The notes under the pieces: generated by a model | Told to the model about the DNA's origin: nothing | Seen by the model: only the letters and a program-made list of their open reading frames with translations | The model's database searches: none | Program-made: the position numbers and the translations under genes | Virus record (IMG/VR): IMGVR_UViG_3300000553_000005 | Location: 75,817-139,816 of that record | From: a virus | Reading direction: 5' to 3' (one strand) | DNA length: 64,000 nt | Shown here: piece after piece, positions 10,362 through 20,264 of the stretch | How the letters are laid out: each line of letters begins with the position of its first letter | Position numbering within the stretch: position 1 is the first letter of the stretch

Positions 10362-12515
10362 ATGAAAACTACAGAGAAAGTTGGAAAAGAATTAATCATT
10401 CAAATTAATAATGAGTTAATTGCAGCAAGACATAGCTATTATGCTGACGCTAACCCGATCATGGCCGATGTGGAATATGATTCTTTAGAGAAGCAGCTTC
10501 GCGGGATGGTTACTGCTATGCCTGAGTTTGTCACTCTAGCTACAGTGCTGACCTCTGTAGGATCTGATTTAACTAATGAGTCCGGTCGCATGAAGCACAT
10601 CTCCCCAATGCTATCTTTGGAAAATCTTTACTCATTTGATGATGTTAAACTATGGTGCGCTCAGTTTCCAGAAGGGACAGCTTTTGTTGTAGAGCCAAAG
10701 ATTGATGGTGCCTCCCTGTCTTGCCATTACATTAATCGCCAATTGGTTAAGGCAGTTACTCGCGGTGATGGTCAATATGGAGAAGATGTTACTAAAGTTA
10801 TGTTGGCCTCTGGAGCCATCCCCGCTACCCTCCCCCAAGAATTCTATCCTGAATCTTTAGTGGAAGTTAGAGGGGAGGTCTTTATGTCTCAAGCTCAATT
10901 TGAAAAGATTAATGCTTCGTCAGAAAAGAAATTTGCCTCCCCTCGTAATTTGGCCGCTGGTACTATGAAACTCCAAGATCTTGAACTAGTTAAGTCTAGA
11001 GGGTTACAATTTTATCCTTGGCAAGTGGAGGGTATTTCCGATGAATTTTTGACCAAGAAAAATTTATCGGGAGATTTTGCACACCATTCTATTGAGTATT
11101 TTTGTCTAACTTCAGGGACTTTCCCTAAACCTTTTGACGCTACTTTCTATACTGCTGACACTTTGATTACAGCGATTGATGGCTATCTTAAAACTTATCG
11201 GGATACAGTTCTTCACAAAGGTTGCGGAATTGGGACAGATGGTTATGTGATTAAGCTAGCTTCCGTAAAACTTCGTAAGGAAGCTGGTCTAAAGACAACT
11301 ACCCCTCGTTGGGCCTTTGCTTGGAAATATCCTTCTCAATTAGTGGAAACTACTTTGGAGGCGGTGACTTGGTATGTTGGTCGCTCTGGAGGGTTAACCC
11401 CTGTTGCTTCGGTAACTCCCGTTAATGTTTCGGGAGCTACGGTTAGTAAGATTAATTTGAATAATTTTTCATGGATTACTCAAAAGGGGGTAAAGATTGG
11501 AGATAAGGTTGCCATCTCGCGTGGTGGTGAGGTTATTCCTTATCTTAATGAAGTTGTAGCTACTTATCAAACTTCAATTCCTATTTTAGAGCCGACTTCT
11601 TGCCCTGCTTGTGGGGAAAACATTACAGTGGAAGCAGATGTTAAATCGGGTATTCTAACTCATTCTTGCACTAATGATAAATGTCCAGGTCGCCTCGCTG
11701 CTTACTTAGAATATGTAGCGGGTAGAGATATGTTGGAGATAGACGAACTTGGTCCTGAAACTATCACCCAATTGATTAAAGATGGTTACATTACCAGTCT
11801 TCCTGATTTATTCGATTTTTCTAATAGGACTTTAGAAGGAATTCAAGCTAAGGGCGAAGAAATAATTTTGAATAGACTTACAAGAATGGGTTACTCAGGA
11901 GTCCTACTTATTAAAATGTGCAAATCTCTAGAAAAAGTTAAGACTAGAGATTGGGATCGTTGGCTAGCTGCATTAGGTATTCCAGGAATTGCTAAATCTC
12001 TCTCTAAGTTGCTCTCTACCCACTTCAGACTCGGAGAGAAGGACATGGATATTCTTCCTTCCATTCTTTCAAAAGGAGATTACTCTTTGATTGAAGGAAT
12101 TGGAGATAAGAAAGAAGCTGAGATTCGTAAAGCACTTCCTCGTATTACAGAAACTTGCAAAGCTCTTTATGAATATGGAGTTCGTCCTAAATCTATTTTA
12201 GCACCACAGGCTGATCCATCTAAGTTGCTCCCTCTTGCTGGCTATGCTATATGCATTACAGGAGAGTTCCCTACTGAACGAGATCCTCTTTCCAAGATGC
12301 TCACTTCTTTAGGCGCACAGATGAAGAGTGGGGTTAGTAAAAAACTTACTCATTTGTTAGTTGGAGAGGGAGCGGGGCAATCAAAATTAGCTAAGGCCAG
12401 AGAGTTGAATATACCACTTCTTCATCAAGATTGGCTGGAAAAAATATTGACTGCTAATGGTATGGTTATGGAAAAAACCGAAGGGAAGTTTGAAACAGAA
12501 TGGGATGATTTATAA
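10362..12515 (+). CDS. ligA: NAD-dependent DNA ligase
   Basis: EPKIDG adenylation motif, TRGDG, EVRGE, PRNLAAG, Zn finger, C-terminal BRCT. Confidence 0.97.
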   Translation: MKTTEKVGKELIIQINNELIAARHSYYADANPIMADVEYDSLEKQLRGMVTAMPEFVTLATVLTSVGSDLTNESGRMKHISPMLSLENLYSFDDVKLWCAQFPEGTAFVVEPKIDGASLSCHYINRQLVKAVTRGDGQYGEDVTKVMLASGAIPATLPQEFYPESLVEVRGEVFMSQAQFEKINASSEKKFASPRNLAAGTMKLQDLELVKSRGLQFYPWQVEGISDEFLTKKNLSGDFAHHSIEYFCLTSGTFPKPFDATFYTADTLITAIDGYLKTYRDTVLHKGCGIGTDGYVIKLASVKLRKEAGLKTTTPRWAFAWKYPSQLVETTLEAVTWYVGRSGGLTPVASVTPVNVSGATVSKINLNNFSWITQKGVKIGDKVAISRGGEVIPYLNEVVATYQTSIPILEPTSCPACGENITVEADVKSGILTHSCTNDKCPGRLAAYLEYVAGRDMLEIDELGPETITQLIKDGYITSLPDLFDFSNRTLEGIQAKGEEIILNRLTRMGYSGVLLIKMCKSLEKVKTRDWDRWLAALGIPGIAKSLSKLLSTHFRLGEKDMDILPSILSKGDYSLIEGIGDKKEAEIRKALPRITETCKALYEYGVRPKSILAPQADPSKLLPLAGYAICITGEFPTERDPLSKMLTSLGAQMKSGVSKKLTHLLVGEGAGQSKLAKARELNIPLLHQDWLEKILTANGMVMEKTEGKFETEWDDL

Positions 12516-12546
12516 TTTTAACAGTAATAACATTTATAGGAGGCCA

Positions 12547-12714
12547 ATGATGGCACTTACGGAAGAAATGAAGCAACGCCTTAAAAATAACATTCTTTTT
12601 AGGGATGACAAGGAAGCGGTGGGGGCCATTACGCTACTTGTCAAAAATGAGCCAAATAAAGAAGCCGCAGAGGAATTAGTTTTGGCTCTTGAAGATTTAC
12701 TTAAGGAATTATAA
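12547..12714 (+). CDS. Small hypothetical protein
   Basis: AGGAGG RBS before ATGATG. Confidence 0.55.
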   Translation: MMALTEEMKQRLKNNILFRDDKEAVGAITLLVKNEPNKEAAEELVLALEDLLKEL

Positions 12715-12715
12715 T

Positions 12716-12955
12716 ATGGCGACATTACATTTAGCTCAATCTGCCTCGACTTCTCTCAGAGGATGGTTCTGCCCAAAAGGCACTGTGGGTGTTAGAGCCG
12801 AACATATTACTTCTGTAAAGGTTGCTCCAACTTCTGCTCATTTTATTCTTACGGTTGAATCATTAGGAGGAAAACAAGAATTTCGTTTTACGACTTTAGA
12901 ACTCTTGAATGAAGCCCTTTCCCTTCTTCACCTAGAAATGACGGATTTGGATTAA
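12716..12955 (+). CDS. Hypothetical protein
   Basis: AAGGA RBS; directly follows the previous stop. Confidence 0.5.
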   Translation: MATLHLAQSASTSLRGWFCPKGTVGVRAEHITSVKVAPTSAHFILTVESLGGKQEFRFTTLELLNEALSLLHLEMTDLD

Positions 12956-12976
12956 GGATAACTCAGGAGTCTACAA

Positions 12977-13507
12977 ATGGCTGTTACTATTACGTCTTTT
13001 ACTGCTGGCTCATCTAGCATATCTATTGGTTCTTCTACCACTATTACTCCAGTTTTTTCAGGCGGTGTTGGTTGTATTTTGATTGGAGTCACTGGATCTC
13101 GTCAAGTTCAGCAAACTCTACCTGTTTCCAGCGGGGAAGTTATCTCTATTACTCCAACAATTTCAACCACTTATGTCTTGACTGTCACAGATCCTGATGG
13201 GTCAGGAACTCTAACTGCTTCCCTTCCTATAACTGTAGTGATCCCAACTGCTAGGAAATTAAGTGTAACTACTGGCTCTGGCGTTGTTGATTCAGGCTCC
13301 AGCACTTATTTCTGTAATGGCCCTGTTTTCTCAATTAATGTTTCAGTTGATCCAGCGTCCTTAGCTAATAATATTGCTCAAGTTAATGAGAGTACAATTA
13401 GATACCAAATAATTTTTAACAATAATTTAGCCGATGGCCCTATATACATTGTAGGTATAACTAATTTGAACTTGGTTCTCGCTACTTTTGGGTTAACTTG
13501 GTCCTAA
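12977..13507 (+). CDS. Ser/Thr-rich Ig-like beta protein, possibly a virion component
   Basis: TTYVLTVT-type Ig/PKD strand pattern. Confidence 0.5.
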   Translation: MAVTITSFTAGSSSISIGSSTTITPVFSGGVGCILIGVTGSRQVQQTLPVSSGEVISITPTISTTYVLTVTDPDGSGTLTASLPITVVIPTARKLSVTTGSGVVDSGSSTYFCNGPVFSINVSVDPASLANNIAQVNESTIRYQIIFNNNLADGPIYIVGITNLNLVLATFGLTWS

Positions 13508-13614
13508 GTTCTTTCTTTTCATACTCCTTAAAATTAATAAATTTAAGGTAGGAGTAATTCTAGTTTAAATTTGTCCATTTTACGAGTAATAAAGATTAAA
13601 GGAGTTAAATTAAG

Positions 13615-14841
13615 ATGAGTTCTATCGAAATTAGAAATTTTTTAGGCTTACACGATAGCGAAAAACGTATTTATTATATTGATAGCACCCACGTTTCTCA
13701 AGAAGAATTTGAGTTTTGTGTGGTGCTTCATAATATTCTATGGGGTGATAAGGGAATGGTTCAAACTCTTGGTCCCACATGGAATATGATTATGGACCCA
13801 CGTTTTGAAACTCTTGAAAATTATTTTATTGAAAATAGGCAAGCAGTTTTTGGAGGGGATGCCAGATTAGGCAAACAATACATTGACGGATCTTCTATTC
13901 TTAGTTCCTCTATGTCAGAACTAGAGACTTATTCTGAAATTTTAGGGGAAGGTCGCTATTTTCATGGAATTGTCTCTGATGCTGGATTAGACCCAAAAAG
14001 CTTTAAAGACCAATCGGAAGAAGTTATTTGGAAGTTCATTCGTCAAGAATGTCCTAATTATTTTGATAATAAAGAAGGGCTACCTAATAAGAGAGCGCAA
14101 CGACTGTTTTATCTTTTCAAAGCAGATCTTCTTGGATTAATCGATGATTTTGCCGAAATAGCTTTGGTTCAAGAGTGGATACACCTTGAAACAGGGGAAA
14201 AAGCCGATCCTACTAATATGACAAATATTGAAACTGCCCCTATTGTTTATGCTGAAGTTGATATGCTAGAAAGAGCCTTAACTTTCCGCTCTTCATTGAA
14301 AGTGACTGCGGCTAAAATTTTAGAAAAGACTGGATTAAAAGATCAATTAGAAAGAAATTATCAATTGACTGATTGGGAGGTTGACCATATCCTTAAACTC
14401 CTTTATTCAACACCTTTTGATAAACTCTATACCGCAACAACAAGTATAATGAATTATGCGAGACAGCAATGTCAGATTCCTTTTGAAAAGAGATTAGAGA
14501 AAGAGCTTAATATTCTCTCTACAGCATCTAAGGCTACTATTTCACTTTTAAAAGATGGCTCTCTATTACCCTTAACAGTAACAGAAGAAGAAGAAGTTGA
14601 CAGAGAACTCACCATAGAAGAAAAACAAATTGTAGCTTTAAAGCGCAACCCATTTCGTCTAGAATTATTTACTATCTATGTGGAAGCTGAACAGCATAAC
14701 GATCAAGCCACCATGGAACTTATCCAACCTTATTTGGATGATCTTGACAATGAAATAACCGAAGAAATAGTAGTTCGTATAAAAAATGCTACTCGTTTTA
14801 ATCGCACCGGCTCTATTGCTAGAGATATCCTGAATACCTGA
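13615..14841 (+). CDS. Hypothetical protein
   Basis: 408-aa ORF with AAGGAG RBS. Confidence 0.65.
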   Translation: MSSIEIRNFLGLHDSEKRIYYIDSTHVSQEEFEFCVVLHNILWGDKGMVQTLGPTWNMIMDPRFETLENYFIENRQAVFGGDARLGKQYIDGSSILSSSMSELETYSEILGEGRYFHGIVSDAGLDPKSFKDQSEEVIWKFIRQECPNYFDNKEGLPNKRAQRLFYLFKADLLGLIDDFAEIALVQEWIHLETGEKADPTNMTNIETAPIVYAEVDMLERALTFRSSLKVTAAKILEKTGLKDQLERNYQLTDWEVDHILKLLYSTPFDKLYTATTSIMNYARQQCQIPFEKRLEKELNILSTASKATISLLKDGSLLPLTVTEEEEVDRELTIEEKQIVALKRNPFRLELFTIYVEAEQHNDQATMELIQPYLDDLDNEITEEIVVRIKNATRFNRTGSIARDILNT

Positions 14842-14871
14842 AATTTTTTTTAAAAAAGGAAGGAATGCCTT

Positions 14872-15255
14872 ATGACAAATATATTTACTTTTGGATCTAA
14901 CGAGATAGGACGCCACGGAGCGGGTGCCGCTAAGTATGCTGTGGACCATCATGGTGCTATTTTTGGGAAGGGAAACGGGATGCAAGGCTCTAGTTATGGT
15001 ATCCCAACTAAAGATGGGAATCTAAAACCCCTTCCTCTCAATTCTATTAAAGAGTATGTTAGGCAGTTTATTCAATTTGCCCGAAGAAGTCAAAATCTTA
15101 CATTTGATGTAACTAGAATCGGGTGTGGACTTGCGGGTTACACTGATGAACAAATAGCCCCGATGTTCCTCAATGCACCTAAAAATTGCCACTTTCCCCT
15201 GGAGTGGAAGTCAATTTTGGGTGAGGATTTTCAGTATCATGAATTAAGAGGGTAA
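14872..15255 (+). CDS. A1S_2505-family (macrodomain-like) phage protein
   Basis: IFTFGSN..GRHGAGAA, SYGIPTK and TRIGCGLAG motifs. Confidence 0.8.
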   Translation: MTNIFTFGSNEIGRHGAGAAKYAVDHHGAIFGKGNGMQGSSYGIPTKDGNLKPLPLNSIKEYVRQFIQFARRSQNLTFDVTRIGCGLAGYTDEQIAPMFLNAPKNCHFPLEWKSILGEDFQYHELRG

Positions 15256-15328
15256 AGTCATATCTTCACTTTTTGACTTTTAAGTTCTTATGTGGGCGTA
15301 GGTGTGCCCACTTTCACCGGGAGTGTAG

Positions 15329-16474
15329 ATGACAGATCCTAAGGAAAAGAAGTTAGCCATGAGCGAAGTGGCGTTATTATCAGAAAAAGCCAAGAAGTAT
15401 GACCCCTTGGCTACGGAAGCAGAGGTAGTAGCAGATATTCGCAGAGTGCAGGAAGATTACCCGACTAAGCATATTACTCGTAATTTCTATCGTATTTATG
15501 GTAAGTACTCTGATGGCACTTGGAACAAATATTTTGGTACATGGTTAGAGGCGAGAAGGCAAGCAGGGCTGGAACTCAATCGCTTCCAGCATGGAGTTGA
15601 ACGTGATGTGGCTAAACATGCCCATCTAGATTTATATCGTCAATTTCAAAAAGATGAAATTGATCCTTGGGTTGGTAACTATACGCTTCCCCCCGAAAAC
15701 GGGGAGCGTTTTAAGAAAATCTTAATTTGCTCAGACCTTCATGATAAGCAGCTAGATCCCTTCTGTTGGTCAGTTTTTCTTGATACCGCCGCCAGAGTCC
15801 AGCCAGATGTTATTGTTTTAGCAGGGGATGTTTATGATGAGGCAGAGTTCTCCAGATTTGATCAAGATCCTCGTCAATATAGCATCAAGGAAGCCTCTGA
15901 TTTTGTTAAAGAAAAGATTTTTAAGCCCTTGAGAGAAGTTTGCCCAACTACTCAAATTGACTTTATTATTGGCAACCATGATCTCCGCATCCTTAAATAT
16001 CTAGCTAATAAATGTGCTAATATGAGGGTATTGCTATCTGATGTTATGGATCTTACTCTAGAAGATCTCCTTGGGTTGAAGGAATTCAACATCAAGCTAG
16101 TTTCTAGATTTGATCTAAGTGCCTTTACCCCTGCTGAAAAGAGGTCTGAGATCAAGACCAACTATAAAATTTACTACAATTCACTAGTAGTAGACCACCA
16201 TGGCCTCCAAACTTTTGGCCTCTCAGTTTGCTACGGGCATACTCACAGGACTAAGATGGACTCCAGTGCCAATCTAATCGTTGGCCCCATTCATGCGGTG
16301 AATATGGGTTGCATGGCAAAGATTGACTTTGAGTATCAAGAACGTATGAACAAGTCTCACCAATCTTTCTGTCTTTGGCATATTGATACTAAAACCAAAC
16401 AATGCCAACCCGAACATTTCATTTTCACTGATGAAATGATCTGTGTGGCAGGTAAATTCTATACTAGAGGCTGA
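15329..16474 (+). CDS. Metallophosphoesterase with N-terminal homing-endonuclease-associated repeat
   Basis: SDLH, AGD, GNHD, GHTH; N-terminal FGTWLEARRQAGL. Confidence 0.8.
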   Translation: MTDPKEKKLAMSEVALLSEKAKKYDPLATEAEVVADIRRVQEDYPTKHITRNFYRIYGKYSDGTWNKYFGTWLEARRQAGLELNRFQHGVERDVAKHAHLDLYRQFQKDEIDPWVGNYTLPPENGERFKKILICSDLHDKQLDPFCWSVFLDTAARVQPDVIVLAGDVYDEAEFSRFDQDPRQYSIKEASDFVKEKIFKPLREVCPTTQIDFIIGNHDLRILKYLANKCANMRVLLSDVMDLTLEDLLGLKEFNIKLVSRFDLSAFTPAEKRSEIKTNYKIYYNSLVVDHHGLQTFGLSVCYGHTHRTKMDSSANLIVGPIHAVNMGCMAKIDFEYQERMNKSHQSFCLWHIDTKTKQCQPEHFIFTDEMICVAGKFYTRG

Positions 16475-16475
16475 C

Positions 16476-17024
16476 ATGACTTGCGTTGTAGGAATAGCTC
16501 TTAATGGTAAAATATATATGGGGGCAGATTCTTGCTCCTCTGATGTGTCTGAAAAATATGGAAGAAAAGATGCTAAAGTGTTTGAATCCCATGATATGCT
16601 TTTAGGGTATAGCGGCTCATGGAGATTTGGTAACCTTTTTCGTTTTAAATTTGATCCTCCCGCTCAAAGATCTGACAAAGAAGATTTTGAGTTTTTAGTC
16701 ACAGATTGGGTGGATGCTCTCAGAACTGTATGTAAGAGTGAGGGGTACACTAAAATAGAAGATAATGAAGAATCTTTCGATGGAAGTGCTTTAATCGGCT
16801 ATAAAGGTAAGCTGTACGTTTTAGAGGGCGATTGGAATATTGGAGAACCCAATATGGACTACGCTGCTATTGGTTCCGGTTCCGCTGTGGCATTAGGGGC
16901 CTTATATGCTTCTGTTAAAGCATCAAAGTCTATGACTCCCAAGGCTAGAATCGAAGCCGCTCTTGAAGCCGCCTCAGAATATGCTGTAGGAGTAGCCCCT
17001 CCTTTTGTTTTTTTAAGCAAGTGA
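16476..17024 (+). CDS. HslV/proteasome-beta-like Ntn peptidase
   Basis: Begins MTCVVG (Thr nucleophile); GADS, K and AIGSGS motifs. Confidence 0.8.
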   Translation: MTCVVGIALNGKIYMGADSCSSDVSEKYGRKDAKVFESHDMLLGYSGSWRFGNLFRFKFDPPAQRSDKEDFEFLVTDWVDALRTVCKSEGYTKIEDNEESFDGSALIGYKGKLYVLEGDWNIGEPNMDYAAIGSGSAVALGALYASVKASKSMTPKARIEAALEAASEYAVGVAPPFVFLSK

Positions 17025-17082
17025 AAATAGTTTACTACAAACTCCTTCATTTTCGGTATAATACCTATGAGGGAGTTTATAT

Positions 17083-17706
17083 ATGAGTGTTTTTCTAACA
17101 TCAGATCTCCATTTCGGCCATGAACGCATAATTGAGATGTGTGATCGTCCTTTTGGCTCCGTGGATGAAATGAACGAAGCTCTGATTGCCAATCATAATA
17201 ATCTCGTTAATCCTATGGATACCGTATATTTCCTGGGTGATGTAGCTATGGGTAAGATTGCTGATTCCCTTCCTTTAGTTGATAGGATGAATGGGGTTAA
17301 GATCCTTATCGCTGGTAATCATGATCGCTGCTCTCCTTACTATAAGCATAAGCGAGAGGATATTCGGGAGACTTGGTATCAAGAGTACCGTAAGTATTTC
17401 TCTCTAATTATACCTAGTATTGAGCTTATGCTTGGTCCTCATGGGCAATCGATTCTTTTACACCATTTCCCTTATGCCGATCCTTCCTACAAAGATCATT
17501 CTTATGAAGGGCGTTATCAAGAGTTTCAGCCTGAGAACAATAATCTTTGGTTACTTCATGGTCATGTTCATACTGGTTGGAAGATTAAGGGAAAACAAAT
17601 CAATTGTGGAGTTGATGTTTGGAACTTCTGTCCGGTAGAGATTGCAGCCGTTCAGCAGCTTATGCTAGAGCAATCACAGGAGGTTCAAAATGAGCAAGAA
17701 AGCTAA
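17083..17706 (+). CDS. Calcineurin-like metallophosphoesterase
   Basis: SDLHFGH, LGD, GNHD, HGHVH. Confidence 0.9.
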   Translation: MSVFLTSDLHFGHERIIEMCDRPFGSVDEMNEALIANHNNLVNPMDTVYFLGDVAMGKIADSLPLVDRMNGVKILIAGNHDRCSPYYKHKREDIRETWYQEYRKYFSLIIPSIELMLGPHGQSILLHHFPYADPSYKDHSYEGRYQEFQPENNNLWLLHGHVHTGWKIKGKQINCGVDVWNFCPVEIAAVQQLMLEQSQEVQNEQES

Positions 17707-18337
17707 GAAGGAAGTCAAACCAGTTGAAACATTTGTTAAGCCAGATGCGCGAGATGAGTATGATGATTCTGGCAGTAAGCGAAAGAAGTCAGAGTATCGT
17801 TCAGGTTGCGTGAATTTCCCAGTAGAAGGTGAAGTCTTTCTTGGTGGGATTGATTACAAGAATGAAGCCACAGGTGGAATGTATGTCCAGCTTGTAGCGA
17901 TTGAGAAACGTTCTTCCATTGAAAATTGGTGGGAAGACATGTTTGTAGTTTGTTTTGGTGGTGGTAATACTTCTCTTGAATATCAGGAGGGAATGGCTGG
18001 AACAGATACTTTGAAGGATGAATGGGTTCCCTATTACCCCCAACTTGATGCTGAATGGGAAGAGATGACCGCTGATAAGGCTTTTGCCACCAAGTATTTT
18101 TTCCCAAATTTTTATGACAAGGGGAAGCCTCGTAATGTGCGAGAACGTAGCGTTCCTCTGCTGGCTTCTGTGATTTTAGGCTCATCTGGTGGGACATGGT
18201 GTAAGGGTGAACGAGATTACTTCCGTTGCACTTATGATGACCTCACAGATGAAGGTAAGGCCATTTATGACTCTTTCAAAAAGTTATATGGTGAGAAGGC
18301 TGAACTTCATCTAATTACTTGGATCGATGAGGGTTAA
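17690..18337 (+). CDS. Hypothetical protein
   Basis: AGGAGG RBS; 215 aa. Confidence 0.6.
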   Translation: MSKKAKKEVKPVETFVKPDARDEYDDSGSKRKKSEYRSGCVNFPVEGEVFLGGIDYKNEATGGMYVQLVAIEKRSSIENWWEDMFVVCFGGGNTSLEYQEGMAGTDTLKDEWVPYYPQLDAEWEEMTADKAFATKYFFPNFYDKGKPRNVRERSVPLLASVILGSSGGTWCKGERDYFRCTYDDLTDEGKAIYDSFKKLYGEKAELHLITWIDEG

Positions 18338-18978
18338 TGATGAATGTCTGTTTTAAGCTTATTGAAGTTGGGGGTTTCATTGCCTCTATTGAAGGAATGA
18401 GATTTCCCACTAAATCTATTGGTGATTCTCAACTTTCGCATGAACGACTTCCTAAAGAGCCGGGTATTTTTCTTGGACCTAAGGATATTAAGCTGGCTAC
18501 TAGTCTGATTAAGCAAGGACCAGTTCATGCCAAGTTTCAACGTGGTATTACAGCTTGGTTCAACATCAATATGCCAAGAAGTATATGGTCTGAATTAGAC
18601 ACTTATTCAGTGGGTGTTGATATGATTTCATCCGAATCCACTATGTATACTTTAGTTAAAGAATGCAAACAAATTAAGTCCACTATGTTCGTGGACTATA
18701 CTCCTAGTTTTGTGGTGGATCAGTTTGAGGATGCTGTGAATTCTTTAACGACTGAGTATGGTTCTCGACAGGCCATTCCAATTGAAGTTCTTAAATCTTG
18801 CCTTCCTGAAGGTTGGCTCCAGGCTCGTAATCGCGGATTCAGCTATCAAGCTTTAGCCTCAATGTACAATTATCGAAAAGATCATAGAATGCCTGAGTGG
18901 CGAGAAGTCATTTGCCCCGCCATTGAAAAACTTCCTTATTTTAAAGAATTAATTCTTGGTATTTATCCAGAAAATTAG
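18337..18978 (+). CDS. ThyX-like (flavin-dependent thymidylate synthase fold) phage protein
   Basis: H-x-KF-x-R, PRSIWSELDTY, SSESTM and RKDHRMPEW pattern; lacks canonical RHRxxS. Confidence 0.5.
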   Translation: MMNVCFKLIEVGGFIASIEGMRFPTKSIGDSQLSHERLPKEPGIFLGPKDIKLATSLIKQGPVHAKFQRGITAWFNINMPRSIWSELDTYSVGVDMISSESTMYTLVKECKQIKSTMFVDYTPSFVVDQFEDAVNSLTTEYGSRQAIPIEVLKSCLPEGWLQARNRGFSYQALASMYNYRKDHRMPEWREVICPAIEKLPYFKELILGIYPEN

Positions 18979-18984
18979 TATAAT

Positions 18985-19305
18985 ATGAATAGAGTGATAC
19001 TCTCATCTGCTAAAGGAGCAACAACGATGTCACACCCCTTTCTGGTTTCTTCTCAATCATGGGGGACCAGATACCAAACCGCCCTTAATAATTTACTGGC
19101 AACCTGGGCCGAAGCTTTAAAGTCTTTTGAGGGGAATAGAATTGATATGGATCTATTCACTCAGGAGTTCATGAAGAAACCGTGTAACCGTCCCCTCATT
19201 AGAACCTTCATCTATAACATCAAAAATGATATGGAAGAGGTGGATGTGGAGGATATGCTAATTGAAATTGGCAAAAAGGAAAAGGGAGTGAAGGATCATG
19301 ACTAA
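18985..19305 (+). CDS. Hypothetical protein
   Basis: ORF in operon; start may be 19027. Confidence 0.5.
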   Translation: MNRVILSSAKGATTMSHPFLVSSQSWGTRYQTALNNLLATWAEALKSFEGNRIDMDLFTQEFMKKPCNRPLIRTFIYNIKNDMEEVDVEDMLIEIGKKEKGVKDHD

Positions 19306-19807
19306 AACCGTAGTCATCTCTGCCTTCCCCGGCATTGGAAAAACTTATTACCAGCAACATTCTGATTTAAAAGTCCTGGATTCTGACTCAAGTGGCTATT
19401 CTTGGGCTATTATTGATGGAGTAAAATCTAGGAACCCCGATTTTCCAATGAATTATGTTGAACATATCAAGGAAAATATCGGGAAAGTAGATGTGATTTT
19501 GGTGTCTTCTCACAAGGAAGTCCGTAAGGCTCTGGTGAAAGCCAATATTCCTTATGTTATAGTATATCCAGCATCCTCATTAAAAAATGAATATCTCAAT
19601 CGCTATAAGAAACGTGGTAATGACGAAGGCTTCATTGATATGATGAAGAAAAATTACAGTTCCTTTATCTCTGAAATTGAAAAAGAAAATGGATATAGCA
19701 AGGTCAGGCTTCATGATGATGAAGCTTATCTTACGGATATTATTGATACTATCTTCGCTAAAGAAACAGAGGCGACTAAACCTTACTCTCTTGCTATTTT
19801 AGCTTAA
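19298..19807 (+). CDS. P-loop nucleotide kinase-like protein
   Basis: ISAFPGIGKT and LDSDSS. Confidence 0.7.
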   Translation: MTKTVVISAFPGIGKTYYQQHSDLKVLDSDSSGYSWAIIDGVKSRNPDFPMNYVEHIKENIGKVDVILVSSHKEVRKALVKANIPYVIVYPASSLKNEYLNRYKKRGNDEGFIDMMKKNYSSFISEIEKENGYSKVRLHDDEAYLTDIIDTIFAKETEATKPYSLAILA

Positions 19808-20178
19808 GCTTTGATGATTCTGTATTTGGAAATGTGGATTTCCCCAACGGCTGACCCTTTGGGTTTAGACAGATCCCCAGCCTTTCCTAAGACAACTTTA
19901 ACTCCTGCCTGTCCCTTTGCCTTGGAGTTTTCTACAGCGGCTCTTACGGCCTCCTGTAGCACTTCAGAGGGTATTTCAGATAAGTTCTCAGGGTTCCTAA
20001 TGACAATATGGCTACCTGGGCAATCTGCGGTATGAAGCCACCAATCATTTGGTTGTGCAATCTCCATAGACAAAATATCATTATCAGCGGCTGATCTTCC
20101 AATTAGGATAGTGAAGCCGTTGAATTCTTTAGTTTTGTATGGGGCTTTAGCTGTGAGAAAGTGGGAATGAAAATTCAT
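19804..20178 (-). CDS. Stand-alone NFACT-R (DUF814) RNA-binding domain protein
   Basis: IGRSAADND, DWWLH and PGSHIVI signature. Confidence 0.88.
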   Translation of the reverse strand: MNFHSHFLTAKAPYKTKEFNGFTILIGRSAADNDILSMEIAQPNDWWLHTADCPGSHIVIRNPENLSEIPSEVLQEAVRAAVENSKAKGQAGVKVVLGKAGDLSKPKGSAVGEIHISKYRIIKA

Positions 20179-20264
20179 ATAACCCTCAATAGAATAGTTA
20201 GAAAGTCAAAATAAAGTTGCCTCAAATTGTGACCATATTGGTATAATAGTATAGGAGGTTAGAA

